Positions 48,549 to 58,913 of a stretch of 64,000 nt of DNA are shown here, piece by piece. Source of the DNA: Bdellovibrionales bacterium (GTDB taxonomy: Bacteria > Bdellovibrionota > Bdellovibrionia > Bdellovibrionales > CAYMLA01); contig OZ244239.1 of the NCBI GenBank assembly GCA_965217115.1, positions 64,001-128,000 on the forward strand, written 5' to 3'. Positions within the stretch are counted from its first letter, which is position 1. Each line of letters begins with the position of its first letter. The position numbers and the translations under genes are program-made. The notes beneath the pieces were generated by a model. That model saw only the letters and a list, made by a program, of their open reading frames with translations. It searched no databases and had not been told where the DNA came from.

Positions 48549-49316
48549 TTGATGACTTGGGAAAAAGATAAACTCTTATATGATGGCAAGGCCAAGAAAG
48601 TTTACACCGTCAAAGGTTATGACGACTTGGTATTAATGGAGTACAAAGACAACCTAACGGCTTTTAATGGAGAGAAGAAATCTAGTCTTGAGGATAAAGG
48701 GCAGGTGAATCGTAAGATTGCCTCTTTTATCTTTAAATACTTGAGGAAGAAAAAAATTGAAAGTCATTACGTGGGTGACATCGCTGAAACTAGCATGGTG
48801 GCCAAGAAGGTTGGAATCATACCTTTAGAGGTTGTGGTGAGAAACTATCTAGCAGGTTCGACGGCAAAGAAATTTGCCTTAGACGAAGGGACTGTCATTG
48901 AAAAACCTTTGGTGGAGTTCTTCTATAAGAGAGATGATCTAAATGATCCGTTTATTAGTGATGATCAAGCATTGATGTTAGAGATTGCTACTCAGAGTGA
49001 ATTGGATGATTTAAAAGTAAGAGCCTTAGCGGTAAATACTGTCCTAAGAGAGTTATTTGATCGGGCGGGAATAGAGTTGATTGATTTTAAATTAGAATTT
49101 GGCAGATTATCGTCGGGGGATTTAATTTTGGCAGATGAGATATCTCCCGATAGTTGTCGTCTATGGAATAAAGAAACTGGTGAAAAGATGGACAAGGATC
49201 GTTTTCGCCATGGTTTGGGTGATGTGATTGAAAACTATAAGGAAGTGTATAGACGAATTTTAGAGGTGGGAGGCATTGAAAATGCCGAAATTCAATCAGA
49301 GGAGGCATTTAGGTGA
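48549..49316 (+). CDS. purC: SAICAR synthetase
   Basis: GKAKK, DFKLEFG and ADEISPDSCR motifs. Confidence 0.96.
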   Translation: MMTWEKDKLLYDGKAKKVYTVKGYDDLVLMEYKDNLTAFNGEKKSSLEDKGQVNRKIASFIFKYLRKKKIESHYVGDIAETSMVAKKVGIIPLEVVVRNYLAGSTAKKFALDEGTVIEKPLVEFFYKRDDLNDPFISDDQALMLEIATQSELDDLKVRALAVNTVLRELFDRAGIELIDFKLEFGRLSSGDLILADEISPDSCRLWNKETGEKMDKDRFRHGLGDVIENYKEVYRRILEVGGIENAEIQSEEAFR

Positions 49317-49555
49317 AAGTGGGTGTAAAGATTATGCCAAGAAAAGAAGTATTGGACTCTCAAGGTAGAGCGGTGGAGGACACTTTAAAAAACCATGGTC
49401 ATCAGTTGCACAGTTGTCGTGTGGGCAAGTTTATTGAGTTAGATTTAGGTGATTGTAGTGAAGAAGATGCCCTAGATAAGGCTGGGGAAATTGCTAAGTT
49501 TGTTCTACACAATGAGTTGATTGAGAATTACGAGCTTTTAATTTTAGGAAATTAG
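49313..49555 (+). CDS. purS: FGAM synthase subunit PurS
   Basis: VLDSQGRAV, RVGK and NELIENY motifs. Confidence 0.92.
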   Translation: MKVGVKIMPRKEVLDSQGRAVEDTLKNHGHQLHSCRVGKFIELDLGDCSEEDALDKAGEIAKFVLHNELIENYELLILGN

Positions 49556-49610
49556 TTTGGAAGTTTTTTGATTGATTTGAGTTATTATTTAGCCCGTGTG
49601 AGGAGAGTTT

Positions 49611-50333
49611 GTGAAAAAGATAGGTGTGGTTCGGTTCCCTGGAACTAACTGTGATAGAGATATTTGGCAAGCCATAGAGGAGGCGGGTAACACACCTTCT
49701 TGGATGTGGCATAAGGACTGCTATGATTGGCAGGAGTTTGATTCAATTATCATTCCAGGTGGATTTAGTTATGGAGATTATTTATATGCAGGGGCGTTGG
49801 CAGCAAAGAGTTTTGTGATGAAAACGGTGATTGAAGCAGCGGGGAAGGGCGTTCCTATTTTGGGTATCTGTAATGGTTTTCAGATACTATGTAATTGTGG
49901 ATTGCTACCAGGGGTGTTGGTTCGCAATAAGAGTGTGCGTTTTATTGACGAGTGGGTCGAGTTAGAAATGAAGACCTCTTGTGCTGAATGGACCTGTGGT
50001 TATGACACTGGGGAGACATTGCGTCTTCCCATTGCCCATGGAGAGGGTTGCTATTATTTAGAAGAGAAGAAGCTTCAGAGCTTATACAGTAATGATCAAG
50101 TGTGGCTAAAATACAAGAATAACCCTAATGGTTCTGTAGATGATATTGCAGGGGTCTTAAATAAAGAGGGAAATGTGGCGGGTCTAATGCCCCACCCAGA
50201 GAGAGCGATGTTTCCATGGATGGGTGGAGAAGATGGTGTCTCATTTTTTAATAGGGACTTATTAAAAAACAACGATGGTCTCAAGCAGAAACCGTTAGAG
50301 AATAATAATAGTATTAGTAGAGGTTCGAGATGA
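49611..50333 (+). CDS. purQ: FGAM synthase glutaminase subunit
   Basis: FPGTNC, GGFSYGDY, GICNGFQ and MPHPER motifs. Confidence 0.95.
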   Translation: MKKIGVVRFPGTNCDRDIWQAIEEAGNTPSWMWHKDCYDWQEFDSIIIPGGFSYGDYLYAGALAAKSFVMKTVIEAAGKGVPILGICNGFQILCNCGLLPGVLVRNKSVRFIDEWVELEMKTSCAEWTCGYDTGETLRLPIAHGEGCYYLEEKKLQSLYSNDQVWLKYKNNPNGSVDDIAGVLNKEGNVAGLMPHPERAMFPWMGGEDGVSFFNRDLLKNNDGLKQKPLENNNSISRGSR

Positions 50334-52537
50334 CTCTGGACGGAAAAACATTGGATGGAAAACTAGCCCATTATCGTCTTTCAAGGGAAGAGTTGGAGCT
50401 TATTAAAGCTCAATTAGGTCGTGAGCCTGAAGGAGTGGAGTGGGCTATTTATTCGGCTATGTGGAGTGAACATTGTAGTTATAAGAGTTCACGGGTTCAT
50501 TTAGGAAAATTTTATAATCAATCAGAGAGAGTTCTTCAGTCCTTTGGTGAAAATGCAGGAGTTATTGATCTTGGTGAAGGTGAGAAGGTGGCCTTTAAAA
50601 TGGAGAGCCATAATCACCCCAGTTATATATCTCCCCATCAAGGTGCGGCGACGGGTGTGGGTGGAATACTACGGGATATATTTACTATGGGAGCTAGACC
50701 TGTGGCTTTAGCCAATTATCTCTGCTTTGGAGAGCCATCGGCCGAGAGAATGCCTGTCATCGTCGATGGTGTGGTGCGAGGTATTGGTGATTACGGTAAT
50801 TGTGTAGGGGTTCCAAATATCACGGGACAAACTGAGTTCGATAACTCCTACAATGGGAATGTTTTAGTCAACGCTCTAGCGGTGGGGCTCTATCGTCCAG
50901 GGGAGGAAGTTTATCTTTCAAAGGCTCGGGGGAGTGGGAATTGGGTTGTTTATGTCGGGGCTAAAACTGGGCGAGATGGTGTTCATGGGGCGAGCATGGC
51001 CAGTGAGTCCTTTGATAATGCATCGTTATCAAATAAAACAACTATACAGATTGGTGACCCTTTCTATGAAAAATTGTTAATTGAGTCCTGCTTGGAAGTG
51101 ATGAAGGAAGATCTTGTTGTGGCTATTCAAGATATGGGTGCAGCGGGATTGACCAGTTCTAGTTTTGAAATGGCGGCCAGTGGTGGAGTAGGATTAAAAC
51201 TTTATTTAGATCAGGTCCCACTGCGTGATTCTTCGGTGACCCCAGAGGAGATTTTACTCTCTGAGAGTCAGGAGAGAATGTTACTTGTTTGTGAACCAGA
51301 TAAATTTGATCGAATCCAAAGTATCTTTCAACGTTGGGGTCTGGATGCGGTTAAAGTGGGAGAAGTTCAAGAAAAAAAAGAAGTGGAAATTTATTGGCAT
51401 AAAGAAAAAATATGTGGCATTGACCCTGAGATGATTGTTGAAAAGGCTCCCCGCTATGAGCGTCCCTATGATATTTGGAAATCAACCAATAGAGTAAAGA
51501 GAGTTGAAGATATACCAGGTTTTTCTAAGAGAATTGATAGAGAATCAATTGAGAGATCAGTGGGCTCTCTACACGGGATGGGCCGAAGCTGGGTTTATAA
51601 TCAATATGATCAGCGCGTGGGTGCTAATACGGTGAGGGATTGTTCCCATTGCCTGGGAGTGATCCGCCTGCCTGATTCGAAACGAACGTTAGGACTTGTA
51701 TTGGGTTGTCGTCCCCATATTATGCGCTGGGATGCTAAAGAAGGTGGTCGAGACGCGGTTGCCTACCCAGCCTTGCAACTTGCAATTAAGGGGTTTGAAC
51801 CGTTGGCGGTGACGGATTGTTTGAACTTTGGCAATCCAGAAAAAACAGAGACGATGAGTGAGTTCGTGGCAGCGGTTGAGGGGATTAGCGAAATTTGTGA
51901 AAAATTAGATGCTCCTGTTATTAGTGGTAATGTGAGTTTTTATAATGAGACTTTGGGTAAAAACATTACATCAACTCCCTCGACGGGGCTTGTTGGTTTA
52001 GGTCCAAATGTGGATAGGGTTCTGCCTTTTGATTGTTTTCAAAGTGAGGGGGAGCTTGTTTATTTAATGAGTTCTGATCAGTTTGTGATAGGTGGTCGCA
52101 GGCAAGAAGAGGAGGAAGAGTGTATTACAGGAGTTGGTCAGATAAGGGCTGAGCTTGTAGAGAAGATGTGTAAGTTAAGTCAAACGATGGCTCTATCGGA
52201 TTGTGTAAGCGCTTCTAGAGTTGTGGGAAAGTATGGTTTGAGTTATGCACTGGTGCGCATGGCGAGCGAGGGCTTGGGTGTTCAATTAGAGCTCTCTTCT
52301 GAGCTAGAGAAGAAATGGCATTTAGAGAGTTATTATCAGATTCTGTGGTCTGTTAAGAGAGATAAAAGAGAGAATTTCGAGTCTTTATTTAGTAGAGACA
52401 GAGATGCTCCAATAACATTACAGTGCTTAGGTTCGGTTAGTGGAAAAAGTCTCATTGTAAATGGTGAGAATATATTAGACTTTAAAGAAGTTATAAATGA
52501 ATATAATTCCTCTTGGGAGAAAAATATTGGAAATTAA
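50330..52537 (+). CDS. purL: FGAM synthase synthetase subunit
   Basis: WSEHCSYK, ESHNHP and SESQERM motifs. Confidence 0.96.
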   Translation: MTLDGKTLDGKLAHYRLSREELELIKAQLGREPEGVEWAIYSAMWSEHCSYKSSRVHLGKFYNQSERVLQSFGENAGVIDLGEGEKVAFKMESHNHPSYISPHQGAATGVGGILRDIFTMGARPVALANYLCFGEPSAERMPVIVDGVVRGIGDYGNCVGVPNITGQTEFDNSYNGNVLVNALAVGLYRPGEEVYLSKARGSGNWVVYVGAKTGRDGVHGASMASESFDNASLSNKTTIQIGDPFYEKLLIESCLEVMKEDLVVAIQDMGAAGLTSSSFEMAASGGVGLKLYLDQVPLRDSSVTPEEILLSESQERMLLVCEPDKFDRIQSIFQRWGLDAVKVGEVQEKKEVEIYWHKEKICGIDPEMIVEKAPRYERPYDIWKSTNRVKRVEDIPGFSKRIDRESIERSVGSLHGMGRSWVYNQYDQRVGANTVRDCSHCLGVIRLPDSKRTLGLVLGCRPHIMRWDAKEGGRDAVAYPALQLAIKGFEPLAVTDCLNFGNPEKTETMSEFVAAVEGISEICEKLDAPVISGNVSFYNETLGKNITSTPSTGLVGLGPNVDRVLPFDCFQSEGELVYLMSSDQFVIGGRRQEEEEECITGVGQIRAELVEKMCKLSQTMALSDCVSASRVVGKYGLSYALVRMASEGLGVQLELSSELEKKWHLESYYQILWSVKRDKRENFESLFSRDRDAPITLQCLGSVSGKSLIVNGENILDFKEVINEYNSSWEKNIGN

Positions 52538-53927
52538 TAGAGCATGGCGTGAGGAGTGTGGGGTCTTCGGTGTTTGGAATCACGAGGAAGCCAGTCACCT
52601 GACTTATCTAGGGTTATATGCAATTCAACATCGGGGACAAGAGGCCACGGGTATTGTGTCCTTAAATGGAAAAGAACATCGGCATTTTAGAGGTCTTGGT
52701 TTAGTGGCCGATGTTTTTATGCCAGGTGTTTTAGAGAAACTTCCCGGTCGAGCAGCGATAGGTCATGTCCGTTACTCAACCTCTGGCGGGAATAAGTTAT
52801 CCAATGCGCAACCTTTAACGGCACAGTTGATCAGTGGCCCAGTGGCTTTAGCCCATAATGGTAATATTGTGAATAACCAAGAAATAAGAACATCTTTAAA
52901 GCGCAAGGGAGTCATTTTCCATGGAAGCAATGACACTGAGGCCTTGTTGCACATGCTTGCAAGAGATCCGAGCGATGGGATCATTGAGTCATTAAAAGAT
53001 AATTTAAAGAAGCTAGTCGGCGCTTTTAGTATGGTTGTTTTAACGGACGATAAACTAGTGGCTATCCGTGACAGGCATGGATTTCGTCCTCTATCTATTG
53101 GTAAAATAAAAAATAAAGAGGGCGTAGAGAGCTACGTTGTATCATCTGAAACCTGTTCTTTTGATTTGATTGGAGCGAAGCACTATCGAGATGTGAAAGC
53201 GGGTGAGATTTTCTGGGTGGATGAGAGCGGTGAACATTCAGTCATGTTTGGAGAAGAGAAAAAACGATTGGCTCAGTGTGTTTTTGAGCATGTGTATTTT
53301 TCCCGTCCTGATTCTCAAGTTTTTGGGAGGAGTGTCTATGAGACTCGTAAAAATTTTGGTCGAGAATTGGCGAAGGAATCCCCTGTAGAGGCGGATGTTG
53401 TTATTCCCGTTCCTGACAGTGGAGTGCCTGCGGCTATTGGCTACGCAAATGAGATAAATCTACCTTTTGAGTTGGGAATTATTCGTAATCACTATGTTGG
53501 GAGAACTTTTATTCAACCGCATCAGTCTATCCGTAGTTTTGGGGTTAAAGTGAAACTCAATCCACAGAGGGCAGTGTTAGAGGGGAAAAGAGTTATTGTT
53601 ATCGATGACTCTGTGATTAGAGGAACGACGAGTAAAAAAATTGTGGATTTAATTCGTCAAGCGGGGGCAAGAGAAGTACATCTGAGAATTGCAGCGCCTT
53701 CGACCAGAGGTTCTTGTTATTATGGGGTGGATACACCAAGTCAAGAGGAGTTAATAGCTTCTAAGATGAATTTAGAGGAGATTTGTAATTTTATCGGAGC
53801 TGATTCTATGAATTACCTATCTATGGAAGCTCTGTGGAAATCGATGGATGGAGATAAAACACAGTTTTGCGCAGCTTGCTTTGACCGCGATTATCCGACA
53901 GAGCTATTTAAAGTGGACCCGTCTTAG
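52497..53927 (+). CDS. purF: Amidophosphoribosyltransferase
   Basis: EECGVFG, QHRGQE, HNGN and DDSVIRGTT motifs. Confidence 0.96.
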   Translation: MNIIPLGRKILEINRAWREECGVFGVWNHEEASHLTYLGLYAIQHRGQEATGIVSLNGKEHRHFRGLGLVADVFMPGVLEKLPGRAAIGHVRYSTSGGNKLSNAQPLTAQLISGPVALAHNGNIVNNQEIRTSLKRKGVIFHGSNDTEALLHMLARDPSDGIIESLKDNLKKLVGAFSMVVLTDDKLVAIRDRHGFRPLSIGKIKNKEGVESYVVSSETCSFDLIGAKHYRDVKAGEIFWVDESGEHSVMFGEEKKRLAQCVFEHVYFSRPDSQVFGRSVYETRKNFGRELAKESPVEADVVIPVPDSGVPAAIGYANEINLPFELGIIRNHYVGRTFIQPHQSIRSFGVKVKLNPQRAVLEGKRVIVIDDSVIRGTTSKKIVDLIRQAGAREVHLRIAAPSTRGSCYYGVDTPSQEELIASKMNLEEICNFIGADSMNYLSMEALWKSMDGDKTQFCAACFDRDYPTELFKVDPS

Positions 53928-53956
53928 ACCTCGTAGATAGATGTTCAAAAGGGAGG

Positions 53957-54505
53957 TTTTTTAAATGGGTCTTTATTATTTAGCTCAGACATTCGTTTGG
54001 CTGCGGCGCTCGCTTTAGCGAGCATCGCACCAATCCGAACTCGCTAAAGAACAAAGACCTATTTAAAAAATAAACTTTGAAATTTGGGGTTGACTGGGGG
54101 CAGTGGGGTTGGAGGTAGGGAAAGTTCACCTTCAGAGGCTGTTTTTTTTAAATGGGTCTTTATTATTTAGCTCAGACATTCGTTTGGCTGCGGCGCTCGC
54201 TTCAGCGAGCATCGCACCAATCCGAACTCGCTAAAGAACAAAGACCCATTTAAAAAATAAACTTTGAAATTTGGGGTTGACTGGGAACAGTGGGGCTGGA
54301 GGTAGGGAAGGCTTGCTTTCAGAGGCTGTTTTTTTAAATGGGTCTTTATTATTTAGCTCAGACATTCGTTTGGCTGCGGCGCTCGCTTTAGCGAGCATCG
54401 CACCAATCCGAACTCGCTAAAGAACAAAGACCCATTTAAAAAATAAACTTTGAAATTTGGGGTTGACTGGGGACAGTGGGGTTGGAGGTAGGGAAAGTTC
54501 ACCTT
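53957..54505. repeat. Three tandem ~187-bp units, each a ~114-bp long hairpin (family 2) plus a G-rich spacer
   Basis: The AAATGGGTC arm starts at 53963, 54150 and 54336. Arms TTTTTTAAATGGGTCTTT / AAAGACCCATTTAAAAAA; apical GCTCGC-ttta-GCGAGC. Confidence 0.93.
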
Positions 54506-54542
54506 TAGGGTCTTGCAAGTGAGGGGAGCTGCTCAAATAACA

Positions 54543-54564
54543 AAGGCCACTTTGGAGTGGCCTT
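54543..54564. terminator. Hairpin between convergent genes
   Basis: AAGGCCACT-ttgg-AGTGGCCTT. Confidence 0.6.
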
Positions 54565-54618
54565 GTCATTTAAATATTTAGAAAACTGTTGATCTAGGGA
54601 GTCTGTCTAGATAAAAAA

Positions 54619-55119
54619 TTACTCATCATCAGAGTAAAGTCCCTCGCCAATGTTCAGGCCAGTCAACATAGCTAGAGAAAGAGTCTTCTTAATTATTAAT
54701 TCGCTTACATATTTTTGTTCCTTCGCGAGGCGAATTTTCGTGTTACATTTCTTGATTGGAGACTCATCTGAAGTATCATCAGATAGAAGTCGATCAAAAA
54801 ATTTAGGGTCCTCTTCTTCCATTAGATCAAATACAAATTTGGCGATGCTAGAAGAATTTTTGACATTCTTTAAAATATTTTTCATCATACCATTCAAATT
54901 ATTCAGCACGACATTAGTAAAAGCATTGGTATAAACACAAAGATAAGCATCAAACAAGGGGCCATCTGCTAGCTTCCCTTTTTCTCCAGGCTCTACAGTC
55001 TGGATGAATTCGAGAGATGTTCCTAACAGATCAATTCCCTTATCAAACTGATCATCTTTAGCATATAGATTAAAAGGTATAGACATACTTAGAGTTAAGG
55101 CCAATAATAATTTTTTCAT
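54619..55119 (-). CDS. Hypothetical secreted protein
   Basis: MKKLLLAL signal peptide; RBS AGGAG. Confidence 0.7.
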   Translation of the reverse strand: MKKLLLALTLSMSIPFNLYAKDDQFDKGIDLLGTSLEFIQTVEPGEKGKLADGPLFDAYLCVYTNAFTNVVLNNLNGMMKNILKNVKNSSSIAKFVFDLMEEEDPKFFDRLLSDDTSDESPIKKCNTKIRLAKEQKYVSELIIKKTLSLAMLTGLNIGEGLYSDDE

Positions 55120-55376
55120 TCTTTCTTTCTCCTAGTCGTTTAAGTAATGGGTTGTTCACATTATTGTAGATTTGGGTAGTTATAACAGGGGTCAACGCAT
55201 CTGAGAAGAAAATTATTTAGGGCTGTAAATTTTGCAAAATGGAATAAAGCTTAGTTTTTGTGCAAGTTATTTCTTGTTCATTTTCTGAAATAGAGATAAG
55301 AATTTGTTTAAATAAACTCTGGAAAGACTCACAATAAAACCGTTACTCAGGTGAGTAATATAAATTGGAGGAAGAA

Positions 55377-55766
55377 ATGAAAAAAATTATCATAGCTTTA
55401 ACTTTACTAGCGTCAATATTTTCATTCGGCAGGACCACTTTAGCTGAAATGCTATCGAATGAAAATATGGAAGAACTGATAATATTGGATGAAAGTATCG
55501 AAGAATTAATCAGAAATACAGAAACAATGATGGCTGGCCTTGAAACAGCTGAACAACGTTCTGGAGATACTTTCGAGGTAATTAGAGAACGAGTGTGTAA
55601 TGCCACAGAAGTAGTTTCTGGTTACCTTAGAAATATTAGAGGCTGGGTAAGAGAGCTAAAAAATAAAGGAATAAAAAATACAGAACTAAAAAATAAAAAA
55701 CTTGATAGTCTCGATAAAAGACTTTACGTTGTGGTGAAAAAATACTGTTCTGACATAAGCGAATAA
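55377..55766 (+). CDS. Hypothetical secreted helical protein
   Basis: MKKIIIAL signal peptide after GGAGG; two Cys. Confidence 0.7.
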   Translation: MKKIIIALTLLASIFSFGRTTLAEMLSNENMEELIILDESIEELIRNTETMMAGLETAEQRSGDTFEVIRERVCNATEVVSGYLRNIRGWVRELKNKGIKNTELKNKKLDSLDKRLYVVVKKYCSDISE

Positions 55767-55892
55767 ACCCTTACATGTGTATTGTTTTTTATAAGGCCCG
55801 CGCCTTCTGGGGTTGTGTTTAAAATAACTCATTATTAAATATTTAGATGACCTAAAGTTTGCAGTAGAATTTTTCTAAAATAGGAGAAGGTA

Positions 55893-56891
55893 ATGCGTGT
55901 ATTGTTGGCAATTAGTTTACTTATCGGAGTGAGCAGTGCAGGTGCAAAAACTTTAGATAATATAAAGAAGAATGGAGTTATTAAATGTGGAGTGAGTACA
56001 GGGGCATCAGGCTTTTCAGCCCCAAATAGTAAGGGTCAGTGGTTTGGCTTAGATGTGGATTTTTGTAGATCTCTATCGGCAGCGGTTTTTGGTGATCCTA
56101 ATAAGGTAAAGTTTGTTCCCCTAAGCGCTCAACAGAGATTCACAGCTCTGCAATCTGGAGAAGTGGATATCTTATCAAGAAATACAACTCGAAATTTAAC
56201 TCGTGATACAAAACTCGGCTTGAATTTTGCCCCTGTGATGTATTATGATGGGCAAGCATTTATTGTAAAAAGCTCTCTAAAAGCTAAATCAGTGAAGGAT
56301 CTCGATGGTGCCACGGTCTGCACGCAACAGGGAACGACGACAGAACAAAACCTAGCTTCTTATTTTAGACAGCATAAGCTAAAGCTAAGAGTAAAAGTTT
56401 TTGAATCGAATGAAGAGTCTGTAAAAACCTTTGTTGACGGTGCTTGTGATGCCTACACAACGGATAAATCTGGTTTGGCTATTCTCAAGATTAAGTATAA
56501 AAATATTAATCATAGAATTTTACCAGAAATTATATCTAAAGAGCCTTTAGCGCCCGTTGTTCGTCATGGTGATGATCAGTGGTTTGACATTGTAACATGG
56601 ACTGTTTACGCCCTTATAGGTGCTGAAGAGATGGGACTAACCTCTAAAAATATTCAGAAACATATTAAATCACATGACTTAAATATTAGGAAATTTGTTG
56701 GTACAACAAAAGGCAACGGTAAGGCGTTGGGATTGAGCAGTAAATGGGCTTATAATATAGTAAAGCATGTGGGTAACTATGGAGAGCTTTTTAAGAGAAA
56801 CCTTGGTAAAGATTCTCCAATGAAGATTGAGAGGGGTCTAAATAAACTTTGGACTCAAGGGGGATTGATGTACGCCCCACCATTGAAGTAG
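55893..56891 (+). CDS. aapJ: General L-amino acid ABC transporter substrate-binding protein
   Basis: RFTALQSGEVD, ISKEPL and GNYGE...RGLN motifs. Confidence 0.92.
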   Translation: MRVLLAISLLIGVSSAGAKTLDNIKKNGVIKCGVSTGASGFSAPNSKGQWFGLDVDFCRSLSAAVFGDPNKVKFVPLSAQQRFTALQSGEVDILSRNTTRNLTRDTKLGLNFAPVMYYDGQAFIVKSSLKAKSVKDLDGATVCTQQGTTTEQNLASYFRQHKLKLRVKVFESNEESVKTFVDGACDAYTTDKSGLAILKIKYKNINHRILPEIISKEPLAPVVRHGDDQWFDIVTWTVYALIGAEEMGLTSKNIQKHIKSHDLNIRKFVGTTKGNGKALGLSSKWAYNIVKHVGNYGELFKRNLGKDSPMKIERGLNKLWTQGGLMYAPPLK

Positions 56892-56913
56892 CTAAAGGAT
56901 ATTTGTACTGAAG

Positions 56914-57873
56914 ATGAAGTCTTTATTAAAGAAACAGAATATCGTTCAGATATTCACCTTCTTGTGTCTGCTATTGGGCTTTTCTCTTTTTATTTACAAC
57001 GGACAGGAGAAAATTGCTAGACAAGAGATATCCTTGGGGTTTGATTTTTTAGAAGAGGAGGCCGCCTTTGAGATCAGTGAGAGCATCGTTGAGTACTCAT
57101 CTTTTGATACCTATGGGAGAGCACTTTTAGTAGGACTGCTAAATACTCTCAAGGTCTCTGTCTTAGGAAATATCTTAGCTCTATTATTGGGGTTGTTCAT
57201 TGGAATTAGTTTATTAAGTTCTAATACACTTTTGCGAAACATATGTGCGACTTATGTTGATTTGATGAGAAATACACCGTTATTATTGCAGTTGTTCCTG
57301 TGGTATGCGTTGTTGAGTTCTTTACTGCCAGCCCCTGAAGAGGCGCTCTCCTTTATGGGAATATATTTTTCTAATAGAGGGATCGTGATCCCTTGGATAG
57401 ATTGGCAGAGTTTATCCTTGTCCTTACCAGTTTTTAAATCTTTTAATTTTGAGGGTGGTTATACTTTTTCTTTAGAATTTTCAGCCTTATTGTTTGGCTT
57501 AGTGACTTACACATCTGCTTTCATCGCTGAGATTGTGCGCGCTGGCTTGTTGAGCGTTGATCGTGGACAGTGGGAGGCAGCGAGCACTCTGGGATTAAAC
57601 TGGATACAGTCGGTGAGATACGTGATTTTGCCCCAGGCTTCGAGAATGGCTATTCCCCCATTAACGAGCCAAGTATTAAACCTGACAAAAAATAGTTCTT
57701 TAGCGGTGGCCATTGCCTATCCTGATTTTGTGTCAGTGGCAAATACAACGATGAATCAAACAGGGCAGGCTTTAGAATTAATCCTATTCATTATGCTGGT
57801 GTATTTGAGTTTTTCTCTATCAACGGCAGCATTTATGAATTGGTACAATAAAAAGGTGGCACTGGTAGAGTAA
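56914..57873 (+). CDS. aapQ: Amino acid ABC transporter permease
   Basis: RNTPLLLQL, AEIVRAG and KNSSLA motifs. Confidence 0.9.
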   Translation: MKSLLKKQNIVQIFTFLCLLLGFSLFIYNGQEKIARQEISLGFDFLEEEAAFEISESIVEYSSFDTYGRALLVGLLNTLKVSVLGNILALLLGLFIGISLLSSNTLLRNICATYVDLMRNTPLLLQLFLWYALLSSLLPAPEEALSFMGIYFSNRGIVIPWIDWQSLSLSLPVFKSFNFEGGYTFSLEFSALLFGLVTYTSAFIAEIVRAGLLSVDRGQWEAASTLGLNWIQSVRYVILPQASRMAIPPLTSQVLNLTKNSSLAVAIAYPDFVSVANTTMNQTGQALELILFIMLVYLSFSLSTAAFMNWYNKKVALVE

Positions 57874-58907
57874 TGAAGATAATTGGAATCTTAAAGAAGA
57901 GCTTATTTGATGGGTATCTTAATACTGCGATCACCTGTATCCTATTGCCAACGATACTCTACATAGGTTATCAATTATTTACATGGCTTCTAATTGATGG
58001 GATATTTTCTGGTACTATAGATGTTTGTAGAGAGAGTTCGGGATTCTGTTGGCTCTTTCTTCAGGAGAAAGCAAAGTATATATTGATGGGCCTATATCCT
58101 AGTGATCAGTTATGGCGACCCTGTTTGGCCCTAGGACTTTTCTTTATGTTTACCGCCTTTGTTGCTCGCCCAAAGAACTGGTGTCAGAAAAATATTTTTT
58201 ACTTTCTTCTATTAATGATCATGTGTTCATGGTTGATTTATGGTGGCTTTGGTCTTCGAACCGTAAGTAGTGATAATTGGGGAGGACTTCTTTTAACTAT
58301 TATTGTCTCTGTTATAGGTATTACCGTGGCCTATCCTTTAGGGGTCGTATTAGCCTTAGCTAGACGCAGTTCATTGCCTTTGTTTAAATATCTGTCTATC
58401 GTGTACATTGAGTTCATCAGGGGCATTCCTTTAATTAGCTTATTATTTATGTCAGCGGTTGTATTACCGATATTCCTACCTGATGGCATGGAGTTGGGAA
58501 AACTATTTCGTGCTCAGATTGCAATGATTTTGTTTTTCTCAGCTTATATGGCGGAGATTGTGAGAGGTGGCTTACAGTCTATCCCCTCAGGGCAGTATGA
58601 GGGAGCGATGAGTTTAGGACTTAATTACTATCAGAGAATGGGGAAGGTTATTTTGCCTCAAGCACTTAAGGTTGTGATTCCTCCCACGGTGAATACGGTC
58701 ATGGGTTTTTTTAAGGACACTTCGTTATTAGTTATTATAGCTCTCTTTGACTTGATGTACACAGCAAAGGCCTCAGTCACTGATCCTGAATGGGCGGGGT
58801 TTATTGTGGAAGCCTATTTATTTATAGCAGTCATTTATTTTGTTATATGTTCTTTTATGGGCAAATACGCAAAGTTTTTAGAGCATCACCTTAGAAAGGA
58901 TGGGTAG
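57873..58907 (+). CDS. aapM: Amino acid ABC transporter permease
   Basis: WGGLLLT, RGIPLI and FKDTSL motifs. Confidence 0.9.
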   Translation: MKIIGILKKSLFDGYLNTAITCILLPTILYIGYQLFTWLLIDGIFSGTIDVCRESSGFCWLFLQEKAKYILMGLYPSDQLWRPCLALGLFFMFTAFVARPKNWCQKNIFYFLLLMIMCSWLIYGGFGLRTVSSDNWGGLLLTIIVSVIGITVAYPLGVVLALARRSSLPLFKYLSIVYIEFIRGIPLISLLFMSAVVLPIFLPDGMELGKLFRAQIAMILFFSAYMAEIVRGGLQSIPSGQYEGAMSLGLNYYQRMGKVILPQALKVVIPPTVNTVMGFFKDTSLLVIIALFDLMYTAKASVTDPEWAGFIVEAYLFIAVIYFVICSFMGKYAKFLEHHLRKDG

Positions 58908-58913
58908 GTAGGA

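Noticed and set aside
53957..54505. CRISPR array
   Set aside because: The units are ~187 bp with near-identical spacers, and there are no cas genes.
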